DNA of 64,000 nucleotides from Nitrospirota bacterium (GCA_049325335.1 JBMOMC010000043.1:341852-405851), one strand, 5' to 3'; shown: positions 50,750 to 61,025, counted from the stretch's first letter. Numbers and translations are program-made. The notes: generated from the letters alone by a model not told the origin.

Positions 50750-53346
50750 GTCTGCAGTTCCGTATCGCGGATCAGGTGCTCCGTGTGGACGACGCGCGTG
50801 ATGCCACGGAGGGACGGGTCCACAAATACGACGCGTTCTTGAACCTGCTGTGTGCAGATCGCTATGCCTTTCAGCGTGAGGCGGTGCGCGAGGCCTGGCG
50901 CTTTCTTGTGTCGGACAAATATCCGGACCTCGAACGGCTCGCGCGCGAGAACTGGAACACTCGTGAGGCGATTCGTCAGCGGCACGAAAGTGTAGACGCC
51001 TATCTAGCAAAGATGCCGCTGCGTGGCTGTAAGGCGGTGTCGCTCGACCTAGCGACGGGCACAGGCAAGAGCTTCGTGATGTATGCGCTGGCGGCGATCG
51101 CGTTGGCCGAAGGGCTGGTGGATCGGGTGCTCGTGCTGTGCCCGTCGCTGACCATTGAAGACGGACTGTTGGACAAGTTCACCACGCTGGCGGGCAACAA
51201 CGAGCTGGCGGCGATCATGCGCGAGTTGGGCGCCGTGGTGGCGATTCCAGGCATTAAGCGCGGGAATCAGACCGTTCAGGCCGGCGACATTTGTATTGAG
51301 AACATCCATGCAGTCTACGAAAACGCCGGTTCGTCGATCGCGGACAGTTTCCGTGGCTACGGTGCCCGGACGCTGGTGCTGAACGACGAGGCGCACCACA
51401 TCTTCAGTCCGCTGGACAAGGGGTTGAAGGAGTGGTTGAAATTCCTGCTGCACACGGATTACGGCTTCCGGCACATCGTCAACGTTACCGGCACTCCCTA
51501 TGTCGGTAACGACTATTTCCCTGACGTGGTGTTCCGTTACGGCTTGAAGCAGGCCATTGCCGACAAGGTGGTGAAGAAGCCGAACTACAAGCTGGAAGAC
51601 ACGTACGCCGCGCACGACTGGCAGAAGACCTACGCGATTCATCAAAAGAACCGCAAGGACTACGGCGCGAAACTCAAGCCGATTAGCATCGTGGTTACGC
51701 AGGAGATCGCGCGTTGTGTGGAGGTGTGGCGGGATCTCGTTGAGTTCCTGGTGACGAAGGAGGCGATTAGCCGCGCGGAGGCGGAGCAGAAGGTGATTTG
51801 GGTGACCTCGGGCATTCCGACGGGGGCCACCGACAAGGCGCGAGTTGAAGCGGCTTACGGACCGCGAAACGACAAAGACTCTCCGGAGAAACGGCGCAAG
51901 GAAAATCTCATCCTTCTTCGCACGGTGGACGATCCGGCGAACGACGTGGAGTGGATCGTGTCCGTCAGCATGCTGACGGAAGGCTGGGACGTGAAAAACG
52001 TTTTCCAGATCGTGCCGCATGATTCGCGGGCGTTCTCGTCGAAGTTGCTCATCGCACAGGTGCTCGGCCGAGGGCTGCGCGTACCGCCGGGACTGGTGAC
52101 GGAACCACTGGTGACGATCAACAATCATGAGGCATGGTCGGAGGAAATCGGCAACCTGCTGAAAGAAGTGCTGGAGGTGGAGAACACGCTCTCGTGGGGT
52201 TACGAGGCGCGCCGGGCCGCCTTTGCATTTCCGCTCCACAACCTGCGGTACGAACCGGAGCAGAAGTCGGTGGAAACCAAGCGCGAAAAAGCGCGTGAAC
52301 CCGAGGTGAACTTCCAAACACAGAATCGGAAGACGACGGAGTACTCCACCTTTTCCGAGACCGGCGCGTTGTCAGTCGAAATCCAGCACCTCGACTTACT
52401 TGAGATCGACGACGCGGTGCGGCTTATGCGGCTATTCCTACGGGAGAAAGACGAGAAAATTGCCGCCAAATGGCCAAAGAAACGGCTCCAAGATTTTATC
52501 GTAAGCGGATTGAAGAGGGCGGGGCAAGAGACAACCTTCCTCAGCAAGCAGAACTTTCTGTTGCTCCAGCACAGCTTTGGGCCGATGTTCCGCGAACTCG
52601 ACAAAGAGCATCCGCGCATGACCCAGACGGCGAAAGACCTCGTGCTCATCGACCTCGCTGCGGTGCCACGGCAATCGTTCTCCGAAGACACGCTCAAGGA
52701 GCACGGGACGGTGTACTACGCGAAGGAAGCGCAACCTCCTTACGGCCCACCAGAATTGCACCTGTGGGACCAGTACCAACGCCTCCGCAAGCAGCTTGCC
52801 GATTACGGGAACGACGCGTCCGACCAGGCGAAGGCGGTGGGATCACGACTTCAGGAAGTGGATCCCCCGAAGTTTAAGATGCCTTGGAACGTGCTTTACG
52901 CCAGCCATGAACCGGAGCGAAAGTTCTCCGATTTGCTGTTCCTGAACGCGGAACTATTCGATGGCTTCGTCAAAATGCCGAATCAGGGTGGCTACTCCTT
53001 CCCGTATTCTTACAAGCCGGCAAAGACCGCGAAAACCCACACGGCGAATGAGAACTTTAACCCAGACTTCTTTCTTCGGGTGCGTGGAAAGCACGACATC
53101 CTGGTGATAGAGATCAAGGCCGAAGGCGACGACTCCAACCGCAACCGCGCCAAGTGCCGTGATGGCCAGGCACATTTTCAAACACTTAACGCGAAACTTG
53201 CTGAAAAGCGCGTGCCTTGGTGCTACCACTTCTATTTTCTGTCCCCCGAAGACTTTACGAGCTTCTTCGAGCGAGTTCGGCAAGGCACCCTTGCCGGATG
53301 GAAGTCGGGGTTGATGCAGACGCTTGAAGGTGATCAGGTGGAATAG
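50746..53346 (+). CDS. res: Type III restriction endonuclease/helicase subunit
   Basis: LATGTGKS, NDEAHH, LTEGWDV, QVLGRGLR and C-terminal FNPDFF..IEIK nuclease motif. Confidence 0.88.
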   Translation: MSLQFRIADQVLRVDDARDATEGRVHKYDAFLNLLCADRYAFQREAVREAWRFLVSDKYPDLERLARENWNTREAIRQRHESVDAYLAKMPLRGCKAVSLDLATGTGKSFVMYALAAIALAEGLVDRVLVLCPSLTIEDGLLDKFTTLAGNNELAAIMRELGAVVAIPGIKRGNQTVQAGDICIENIHAVYENAGSSIADSFRGYGARTLVLNDEAHHIFSPLDKGLKEWLKFLLHTDYGFRHIVNVTGTPYVGNDYFPDVVFRYGLKQAIADKVVKKPNYKLEDTYAAHDWQKTYAIHQKNRKDYGAKLKPISIVVTQEIARCVEVWRDLVEFLVTKEAISRAEAEQKVIWVTSGIPTGATDKARVEAAYGPRNDKDSPEKRRKENLILLRTVDDPANDVEWIVSVSMLTEGWDVKNVFQIVPHDSRAFSSKLLIAQVLGRGLRVPPGLVTEPLVTINNHEAWSEEIGNLLKEVLEVENTLSWGYEARRAAFAFPLHNLRYEPEQKSVETKREKAREPEVNFQTQNRKTTEYSTFSETGALSVEIQHLDLLEIDDAVRLMRLFLREKDEKIAAKWPKKRLQDFIVSGLKRAGQETTFLSKQNFLLLQHSFGPMFRELDKEHPRMTQTAKDLVLIDLAAVPRQSFSEDTLKEHGTVYYAKEAQPPYGPPELHLWDQYQRLRKQLADYGNDASDQAKAVGSRLQEVDPPKFKMPWNVLYASHEPERKFSDLLFLNAELFDGFVKMPNQGGYSFPYSYKPAKTAKTHTANENFNPDFFLRVRGKHDILVIEIKAEGDDSNRNRAKCRDGQAHFQTLNAKLAEKRVPWCYHFYFLSPEDFTSFFERVRQGTLAGWKSGLMQTLEGDQVE

Positions 53347-53380
53347 CGAGAAATTGGGTGTGAGAGAAATTGGGGTCGGA

Positions 53381-53446
53381 GAACAATTTCTGATTTACGA
53401 CATCAAGTACCGCATGGGGCGAGACGCGGAGGGCGAGGAGGATTGA
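53381..53446 (+). pseudogene. Probable 3' stub of a lost type IIG/Eco57I-like R-M gene
   Basis: In-frame EQFLIYDIKYRMGRDAEGEED*, ending 3 nt before the yhcG-like ATG. From memory it resembles the C-terminal ..FIINYDIKYRMG.. motif of such proteins; not searched. Confidence 0.55.
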
Positions 53447-53449
53447 CTG

Positions 53450-54648
53450 ATGCCGCGTAAACCCACCAAGCCGAAAGCACCCCAAGGCGGTCTGAGCTTC
53501 ACCGCGTCGGTGGAAGCGGTCCGCCAAGTGCACGAGCACAGCGCGGCCGCGGCCGGCCGGGCGGTGAACACCAGCCTGACTCTGCGCACTGGGCCATCGG
53601 TTGCTACATCGTCGAGTACGAGCAGAACGGGGCCGACCGGGCGCAGTATGGAGAGCGCATGGTGGATCGCCTGGCCGAGGAGTTGCGCCGCCGCGGCGTC
53701 CCGGCCAGCGACCGCCAGAGGCTCTACGCCTACGTGGGCTTTTATCGCGCTTATCCGCAGATCGGTGAGGCGATTCCGGCCGCATGGGCCGTTCATGGTC
53801 TTTCTGCTGTGCCGACGCGACCGACCAAGATTGTCCGGTCACTGACCGGACAATCTGCCGATACCGCCAACGCAAAGGACATTGTCCGGTCAGCGACCGG
53901 AATAAGTCCGACCTCGGGGCAGATGCTCGTGGACCGCCTGTCCTACACCCACTTGGAACTGCTGGCCGGGCTGGACGACCCGCTCAAGCGCTCCTTTTAC
54001 GAGATCGAGTGCATCCGCGGTAACTGGTCGGTGCGAGCGCTCAAACGCCAGATCGCGACCCTGTATTTCGAGCGGTCGGGGCTGTCTACCGATAAGGACA
54101 AGCTGGCCGCCATGGCCCACGCCGCCGCCGAACAGGCCGAGCCGAGACTCGCGATCCGCGACCCCTACATTTTCGAGTTTCTCGGTCTGAACCCCAAGGA
54201 CGCGGCGGCCGAGTCGGACGTGGAGGACGCCCTGCTGGACAACGTGCAGGAGTTTCTGCTCGAGATGGGGCACGGCTTCTGCCTCGAAGCGCGGCAGAAG
54301 AGCATCGTGATCGGCAAGACGCGCGGCTTCGTGGACCTGGTCTTCTACCACCGCATCCTCAAGTGCCATGTGCTCATCGAGTTGAAGGTGGACGAGTTCC
54401 GCCACGAACACTTAGGCCAGCTCAACACCTACGTGACCTGGTATCGCCAGCACATGATGGCCGACGGCGACAACCCGCCGATCGGCCTCCTGCTCTGCAC
54501 GCAGAAAGATCACGCGCTGGTGGAATACGCCGTAGCCGCCATCGACAGCCGCCTGTTCGTCTCCAAATACCAGCTCGAACTGCCGAGCAAGGAAGATCTC
54601 CAGCGGTTCCTGGAGGACAAGCGCCGGGAGATGGGCGATCATGGGTGA
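53450..54648 (+). pseudogene. YhcG/DUF1016 PD-(D/E)xK nuclease, frameshifted
   Basis: The N-terminus (..RAVNTSLTLR) and the remainder (WAIGCYIVEYEQ..WSVRALKRQI..DPYIFEFL..DLVFYH..IELK..GQLNTY) are in different frames. CGC AC TGG at 53585-53592 lacks one base of an expected AAC. Confidence 0.85.
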
Positions 54649-55270
54649 AGGGAAGAGACAACCTCCCGTGGCACAGCGCATCGGACGCGGAGCCAGGGAG
54701 TACCCGGCGATCCTCCTTTCCCGCCTTGGCGACCACGCCCCCGAGGAATTGACCGCGCTCGGCAACCCGGCGCTGCTTTGCACGCGCAGGACCGCGCTGT
54801 TCTGCTCCGCCCGCACGCCCGGCGACGCCATCCTGCGCGCCCACGACGCGGCCCGGCGCCTGCGCGATGAGGGCGTCACGGTCATCAGCGGCTTTCACTC
54901 GCCGATCGAGAAGGAGTGCCTGCACATCCTTCTGCGTGGCAAACAGCCCATCATCATCTGCCCCGCACGCGCCATCGAGACGATGCGCATCCCTAATGAG
55001 TGCCGCGCCGCGTTTGACGCAGGGCGAGTGCTGTTCCTGTCGCCAGTTACGACACAACCCAAGCGTGTGACCAAAGAGTCGGCCCTTCGCCGGAACGAGG
55101 CTGTCGCTGCTCTGGCGGACGCGGCCTATATCGCACATGTATTCCCGAATGGCCAAACCGAACACATCGCGGCGATGCTCGAACGATGGGGCGTTCCGAT
55201 GTTGGAGGATGGTCGGGGTAAGGGAAAGGCTCGTGATCAGGTCTTGCCCTGCAACACAGGATGCGCTTGA
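54641..55270 (+). CDS. Short DprA/Smf-like (SLOG fold) protein
   Basis: LGN..LL, ALFCS, VISGFHSPIEKECL, RRNE.VAALAD; overlaps the yhcG-like stop. Confidence 0.7.
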   Translation: MGEGKRQPPVAQRIGRGAREYPAILLSRLGDHAPEELTALGNPALLCTRRTALFCSARTPGDAILRAHDAARRLRDEGVTVISGFHSPIEKECLHILLRGKQPIIICPARAIETMRIPNECRAAFDAGRVLFLSPVTTQPKRVTKESALRRNEAVAALADAAYIAHVFPNGQTEHIAAMLERWGVPMLEDGRGKGKARDQVLPCNTGCA

Positions 55271-55409
55271 GGTGAGAGCGTCGTGGGTGGTCGGTTGCCT
55301 GTCAGGGGCTGCGCCCAACGAGACATCCCTCAGAGGGGCCTCCGGGCCTAGCCTAGTTATCGGGCAGATCACTCCCTGCGGGACGCTGCTTAATGCGTCG
55401 AATCCGGGT

Positions 55410-55616
55410 TCACCGGGTTTTCCGTTTCGTCGTGTCCACCCCGAACTTTGCGTTGAGCGGGCAGTAGCCGGTGAAAGCCGTGGCAATCCCCAGCAGCGCG
55501 ACGAGCGCGAAGATGATTTTTAGGAGGATACTCCCGGTGACAAATGTGAGCGCCAGGGAGAGAAAGCCGATTCCGAATCGGTAGAAGCGGTCCAGACCGC
55601 CGACGTTCTTTTGCAT
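55410..55616 (-). CDS. DUF2892/YgaP-like small membrane protein
   Basis: RBS GGAGG; MQKNVGGLDR..R, two TMs, TAFTGYCPL..FG. Confidence 0.85.
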   Translation of the reverse strand: MQKNVGGLDRFYRFGIGFLSLALTFVTGSILLKIIFALVALLGIATAFTGYCPLNAKFGVDTTKRKTR

Positions 55617-55669
55617 GGTCACCTCCGCGTGCTGCTCAGCATGTCTCGTCGCGTCATCCCGACAGTCCA

Positions 55670-55948
55670 TTGGCTAAGAGGCGCATCGAACTCGGCGTGG
55701 CGGCGCAAGGCGCTGAATCGGTGTTTTACACCCGCGACACCGGCGCGGGATTCGACATGCAGTACGCGGACAAACTCTTGCGCGCGTTCGAGCGGCTCCA
55801 CGCCCAGAGCGAATTCGACGTCACCGGGATCGGTCTGGCCACCGTGGATCGCATCATCCGCCGCCACGGTGGGAGGATCTGGGCGGATGCGGAGCCGGGC
55901 CGCGGCGCGACTTTCCGATTTACTTTAGCGGCGAACCGATCAGGCTAA
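55670..55948 (+). pseudogene. Isolated C-terminal HATPase fragment of a histidine kinase
   Basis: RDTGAGFDMQYADKL..AFERLH...TGIGLA.V.RII.RHGGRIWA..PG.GATFRFTL, with no N-box or H-box upstream. Confidence 0.75.
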
Positions 55949-56272
55949 GATGCCCAGAACGTTTTCCTCACGGACCATCACGAACTCTTCGTTGTCGATG
56001 GTAACTTTCGAGCCCGCATACCGCTCGTAGAGGACCTTGTCCCCCGGCTTGAGCGTGGTCTTGACATAGACCTTGTCTTCGGCCGCGGTTTTTTTCTTGC
56101 CGGAACGGTAGTCGTCGTCTTTGGACTTCCAGCGGCCTTCGCCGATTGCGATCACTTCACCTTCTTGCGGTTTTTCCTTGGCCGAGTCCGGGATGTACAG
56201 ACCACCCGCCGTCCGTTCGTCACCGGACGACTGTTTGATCACGGCCCAATCGTGTAACGGTCGAATCTTCAT
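55940..56272 (-). CDS. groES: Co-chaperonin GroES (orphan)
   Basis: IRPLHD, TAGGLYIPDSAKEKPQEGEVIAIGEG, GDKVLY..YAG; RBS GGAGG; promoter TTGATT-18-TATAAT (56394-56365). Confidence 0.92.
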   Translation of the reverse strand: MKIRPLHDWAVIKQSSGDERTAGGLYIPDSAKEKPQEGEVIAIGEGRWKSKDDDYRSGKKKTAAEDKVYVKTTLKPGDKVLYERYAGSKVTIDNEEFVMVREENVLGILA

Positions 56273-56390
56273 AGCTACCTCCTCCCCTCGCTTGCGTAAC
56301 GCAACGCAGGCGCGTCTTTTGCGCCGAGGCTGCGAGACGCTGTTGACCTTATCTGTGGAGAAGAATTATAGGGATCAGGTCCGTCCCGAA

Positions 56391-57827
56391 TCAAGCCGTT
56401 CCGCGGTCCCGTTGGGCGCGGGGGTCCATGGCGTCGCGCACCACGTCGGCAAAGAGGTTGGCGGACAGCACCAATGCGAGCATGAAGGTGAACGCGGCCG
56501 CGAGCGACCACCACACCATGGGCTCACGCGCCATTTCCAGACGGGCGCCGTTGATCATGGTGCCCCAACTGATGGTGGTGGGGTCCACGCCCACGCCCAC
56601 GTAGGACAAGACCGCTTCGGCCAGCACCAGGCCGGAAAAGTCCAAGACCACGGTGATGAGCACGATGTGCATCACATTGGGCAGAAGGTGTCGCAGCATG
56701 ATGGTCATGGACCCTGCACCATACGCCCGTGCGGCCTGGATATATTCGGCTTCGCGCAGCTTGAGGGTTTCGCCGCGCAGCAAGCGGCACAACCCGGTCC
56801 AACTCGTTACGCCCAAGATGGCGCACAGAAACAACAGGCGCGCGTCCGCGCGCACCGCCGCGGTGTCGAAGAGGTCGGGATGGAGCGCAATATACGCCTG
56901 GAGCGTCAAGATGGCGGCGGCGATGAGCAACACGCCGGGGATCGAACTCAACGTGGTGTACACGTATTGGATCAGGTCGTCCGCCCAACCCCTCCAGTAC
57001 CCGGCCATAATACCCAGCATGACCGCAAACGGCAGCATGATGAGCGTGGTGAGCGTGCCGATCACGATACCGGTGCGGATACTCTTGAGCGACAGATACA
57101 ACACATCGTTGCCCACCTTGTCGGTACCCAGCACGTGGTACTTCACGGCCCAATGGCCGATCACGAAGCCGAGCACGATCAGCGCGCCGAGCGTGACGAG
57201 GATCACGCGCCAGGGGGTATCCGTGCGGCCCTGCGCCAACCGCGCGAACATCTCGGTCCACGCGAGGCGGTGACGCCGCGCTTGCCACGTCACCAGCAGC
57301 AGGACGATCACCAGCCAGACCAGCAATCCCCGCATGAACCCGGCGATCGCCGTGGTCGCGATGTCCGGCCCGCGGTCCGTCGTGGGATCGGCCAGGTGCG
57401 CGCCGCCGTACTGTAACCGGGGGAAATCCCGCGCCTGCGTGCCGTCGGGTCGTTCGATGGTTTCTTTCGCGTACGAGTGGGCGGCGAACGGGGCGGAGTA
57501 CGTCTTTTCGCCGCGCGTTTTGAGCGGAAGGACCACGGTGTCGAGCAGGCTCACCACTTCGGTCGAGTAATCCACGCGATCCACGCTCCCCGGGGTGTCC
57601 GACGGGGGGAGCGGCAGGCGGAAGTGCATTGAGTCCAACAGGCCGACGGTCGCGTACGCGCACAAGACGACCAACGCGGCCATGCCCAGCGGGTGTCGCC
57701 GCACGTGGCGCCACGGCGCGCGCAAGTGCTCGCGCGTGCTCGCGTACCAGCCGGCGGCCACGGCGACCCCGACCAACACGAACAGCAGGGCGTCCGTCCA
57801 TAACACGACCGGCTTGACCGGGATCAT
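56391..57827 (-). CDS. Peptide ABC transporter permease (DppC/OppC-like, extended)
   Basis: HVLGTDKVGNDV, EAA loop EYIQAARAYG, RHLLPN, SWG.MI. Confidence 0.9.
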   Translation of the reverse strand: MIPVKPVVLWTDALLFVLVGVAVAAGWYASTREHLRAPWRHVRRHPLGMAALVVLCAYATVGLLDSMHFRLPLPPSDTPGSVDRVDYSTEVVSLLDTVVLPLKTRGEKTYSAPFAAHSYAKETIERPDGTQARDFPRLQYGGAHLADPTTDRGPDIATTAIAGFMRGLLVWLVIVLLLVTWQARRHRLAWTEMFARLAQGRTDTPWRVILVTLGALIVLGFVIGHWAVKYHVLGTDKVGNDVLYLSLKSIRTGIVIGTLTTLIMLPFAVMLGIMAGYWRGWADDLIQYVYTTLSSIPGVLLIAAAILTLQAYIALHPDLFDTAAVRADARLLFLCAILGVTSWTGLCRLLRGETLKLREAEYIQAARAYGAGSMTIMLRHLLPNVMHIVLITVVLDFSGLVLAEAVLSYVGVGVDPTTISWGTMINGARLEMAREPMVWWSLAAAFTFMLALVLSANLFADVVRDAMDPRAQRDRGTA

Positions 57828-58801
57828 TCCAGGCGTACCCGTGGATCCACCAGTGTGTACGATACGTCGGTCAGGATCAGGCCCACGATGTACAGCGTCG
57901 AACCCAAAAACACCATGGCGCGGACAATGCCGAAATCCTGCGAGCGAATCCCGTCGATGGTATAGCTGCCCAAGCCCGGCACGCCGAAAAACGATTCTAG
58001 GATCAGGCTGCCGAGAAACAGCGACGGAATGATCACCACCACGCCGGTCAGGATCGGGATCAGGGCGTTCTTGAGCCCGTGTTTAAAGAGCACGCGAACT
58101 TCCGACAACCCTTTGGCGCGCGCGGTGCGAATGTAGTCCTTGGAGATCTCTTCGAGAAAAATCGTGCGATACAGTCGCGTGCTTCCGCCAATGCCGCTGA
58201 TGATGCCCACGACCACGGGCAGGACCAAAAACTTCGCGGCGGCAAAGCCGGTGTCGTACCCGGAGATCGGGGTGAGGTTTAAGAGCTTGCCGATCACGTA
58301 TTGCCCGCCGATCACATAAAACAGCGTGGAAATGGACAACAGGATCACGCACGTGACCACGCCCCACAGATCGAGATAGGTGCCGCGAAAAAACGCGAGC
58401 GTCATGGCGAACGTGATGTTGAGCAACATGCCGACCGCGAACATGGGCAGGGCGATGGCAAGGCTGGGCCACATGCGCTGCCCGATGTCCTCGCTGATGT
58501 CGCGGCCGTCGTCCGCGCGGCCGAAGTCGAATGCAAACAGCGCGAGCGATTTCTCGAAGAAGATCGTGTCGGTCATTTTGTCGGCGCCGGGAGCCGCGGT
58601 GTTCCAGAGCACGGGTTTGTCGTACCCGTGCTCGTGTTTCCACTTGGCGATGGCTTCGGGCGTGACGCGTTTGATCCCGAGGTGGATGCGCGCCATGTTG
58701 TCGGGCGGATTCACCACGAAAAACAACACGAACGTGATCAGGTTCACGCCGATGAGAATCGGGATCGCGTACAGCGCGCGGCGGATCAAGTACCGGATCA
58801 T
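57824..58801 (-). CDS. Peptide ABC transporter permease (DppB/OppB-like)
   Basis: MIRYLIRR, FDFG, DYIRTARAKGL, HGLKNA, DPRVR. Confidence 0.92.
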   Translation of the reverse strand: MIRYLIRRALYAIPILIGVNLITFVLFFVVNPPDNMARIHLGIKRVTPEAIAKWKHEHGYDKPVLWNTAAPGADKMTDTIFFEKSLALFAFDFGRADDGRDISEDIGQRMWPSLAIALPMFAVGMLLNITFAMTLAFFRGTYLDLWGVVTCVILLSISTLFYVIGGQYVIGKLLNLTPISGYDTGFAAAKFLVLPVVVGIISGIGGSTRLYRTIFLEEISKDYIRTARAKGLSEVRVLFKHGLKNALIPILTGVVVIIPSLFLGSLILESFFGVPGLGSYTIDGIRSQDFGIVRAMVFLGSTLYIVGLILTDVSYTLVDPRVRLE

Positions 58802-60975
58802 GCGGCTGACCGATTTCGGCGGAGATACCCGATCACCGCGGGCAAGACCACGGCCACGGGCAGCAGGAGGGCCACGGCCACCGGCGCGAGGTGTGGACGG
58901 TTCCACTCGGCGCGACGCTGCGATCGTGGGCCGGGCTCGATCCGTTTGTACTTGAGCGTGTTGTTCGCCATCAAATTCGGTTTGGCGTTTTGGTACCACG
59001 CGTGGTGCAAGGTGAACTGTTTGGGGTGGAACCCGAACGCCCAGGGCGCGTCGCGCCGGACGATCTCGACCATCTGATCGATGAGGGCCTGTCGCTCCGG
59101 GCCATTGTCCATATTCTTCATGCGCTCGAACAGCCGGTCGAATTCCGCGTTCTGGTAATTGGCCGCGTTTTCACCGTTTTTCCCGACCTTGGCGTTGGGG
59201 CCGTACAGGAGAAAGAGGAAATTCTCCGGGTCCGGGTAGTCCGCGTTCCACCCCCATTGAAATATCTGCGCGGAGCCGTTGAGCATCTTGTCCTGAAACC
59301 GGTTGTAGTCCGTGTCGCGGATTTCCAATTCAATGTCGATTTTGGCGAATTGTTTGCGCACCCAGTCCAGCCGCGCCTTGTCATCGGGTCCGCCCGCCGT
59401 GACGTCGAAATGGAGCACCAAGGGTTTGCCGGTTTGACTGTCGCGGCCGTTGGGGTAGCCGGCTTCGGCCAGCAGGTCTTTGGCGCGATCGATCGATTTG
59501 CGCCGCGGCTGATCATCCGCCCAGTCAAAGACGTACGGATTGATCCCACGGGCCCCGTCCACATACCCGAAAATGCCGGGAGGAATGGGACCTTGCGCCG
59601 CGCTGCCGCGCCCGTTGCGAAAGATGGAAATGAACTCGTCGTCGTCGTACGCGATCGAGATGGCTTGGCGGAGTTTGCGGGCCCCATCGGAGTACCCACC
59701 GAGCACGGGATCGAGCATGTTGAAGCCCAGATAAAAAATCGATGTTTCCACCGACGTGATGAGGCGGATGCCCTTGGCCTGCATCGCGTCGGTGAGCCCC
59801 ACCTCGCCGTGCCCGCTCATTTGCACGGCTTGATCGAACGTCTCGGAACTGATGCCGCTCACGTCGTAGTAGCCCTGGAGAAACTTGTTCCAGTACGGGA
59901 TGCTTTCTTTTTCCAAGCTGTATACGGCCTTGTCAATGAACGGCAAGGGTTTGTCCGCGTCCGCGAGGAACCCCGCGGTCTGGTCGGTCGCCTCGCCCTC
60001 CGAGGGGTAGCGCTCGCCGTGGAAATTGGGGTTGCGCTCCATGACCATCTGCCGATTGGGGTTGTTGACGGTGAGCATGAACGGACCGGTGCCCACCGGA
60101 TACCAATCCAACGTGAGGTTTTTTTCGGCCATGCCGGGCTGCGAATAAAAGCGATCGACTTCCACCGGGATCGGCGCGAAAAACGGCATGGCGAGCCAGT
60201 ACACCATTTGCGGGTACTTGCCCTTGACCGTGAGCCGATAGGTGTAGCGATCAATGACCACCGCGCCGTCGAGCGGATACCGCGTTAGGTCGAGGAATTC
60301 CGTCGGGTGATCGGCCAAGGCCTTTTCCAGGGTGGTCCCATACTCGCCCAGGCCCACGATGTATTCGCTCATCAGGCCGAAGATCGGGGAGTGGAGCTTG
60401 GGGTGGGCCAGCCGCTTGATCTGGTACACGTAGTCGTCGGCCGTGAGTTCGCGCGTGCCGGTCTTCGGAAAATCCGCGAGCGTGGACACGCGCTCGAGAT
60501 CACGTGGCGTGAGGTTGTGATAGCTGAAACGTCCCGCGGCGTCCGTGGCAAACGCAGGGTGGGGTTGATACAGGACCCCGTGCTGAATGCGGATGTCGTA
60601 CGCGCTGTATACGATCCGTTCGATCGGCACGGAATCGGGCAGCCGTTGGTGCTGCGCATCAAAATACGCGGGTTTTGGTACTGCGGTCGCGGTCAGCGCC
60701 ACGAGTTCGTAGGGGCGTTTGAGAAAGTGGTACTGAAGCGGCGGCTCGTAAATCTGCGCCGTAAACGCGGCTTCGTTGGAGCTGTATGAGCGTGCGGGGT
60801 CCAGGTGTTTGGGCCGCTCGTCGAACGAGGAGTAGAGAATGTTCTGGTTGTCCTGCGACGCGGGGTACGGCGTATTCCAGGGGCGATTGGAGCAGGCGAG
60901 CAGGCCGACCTGGAGACCCAGTACGGCCGTGATCAGCGTGGTCAGGCGGGTTGGACGCGAACGAGCCCCCGGCAT
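58798..60975 (-). CDS. Peptide ABC transporter substrate-binding lipoprotein (family 5)
   Basis: Lipobox LLAC, LDPA, PVGTGPF, LRQAIS, WNADYPDPENFL and C-terminal TM. The promoter position supports the 60975 start. Confidence 0.9.
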   Translation of the reverse strand: MPGARSRPTRLTTLITAVLGLQVGLLACSNRPWNTPYPASQDNQNILYSSFDERPKHLDPARSYSSNEAAFTAQIYEPPLQYHFLKRPYELVALTATAVPKPAYFDAQHQRLPDSVPIERIVYSAYDIRIQHGVLYQPHPAFATDAAGRFSYHNLTPRDLERVSTLADFPKTGTRELTADDYVYQIKRLAHPKLHSPIFGLMSEYIVGLGEYGTTLEKALADHPTEFLDLTRYPLDGAVVIDRYTYRLTVKGKYPQMVYWLAMPFFAPIPVEVDRFYSQPGMAEKNLTLDWYPVGTGPFMLTVNNPNRQMVMERNPNFHGERYPSEGEATDQTAGFLADADKPLPFIDKAVYSLEKESIPYWNKFLQGYYDVSGISSETFDQAVQMSGHGEVGLTDAMQAKGIRLITSVETSIFYLGFNMLDPVLGGYSDGARKLRQAISIAYDDDEFISIFRNGRGSAAQGPIPPGIFGYVDGARGINPYVFDWADDQPRRKSIDRAKDLLAEAGYPNGRDSQTGKPLVLHFDVTAGGPDDKARLDWVRKQFAKIDIELEIRDTDYNRFQDKMLNGSAQIFQWGWNADYPDPENFLFLLYGPNAKVGKNGENAANYQNAEFDRLFERMKNMDNGPERQALIDQMVEIVRRDAPWAFGFHPKQFTLHHAWYQNAKPNLMANNTLKYKRIEPGPRSQRRAEWNRPHLAPVAVALLLPVAVVLPAVIGYLRRNRSAA

Positions 60976-61025
60976 GAGGGGCATCGTAGTGAAGCGTTCA
61001 GGCGAAAGTCAAACTTCAGGGACGA

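Noticed and set aside
55313..55365. Integron attC-like site (GCCCAAC...GTTATCG)
   Set aside because: The right core does not fit GTTRRRY, internal symmetry is poor and there is no integrase.
44131..55400. tRNA-Leu as the attachment site of the defence island
   Set aside because: I found no duplicated tRNA 3' end and no integrase, and two ordinary genes separate the tRNA from the island.
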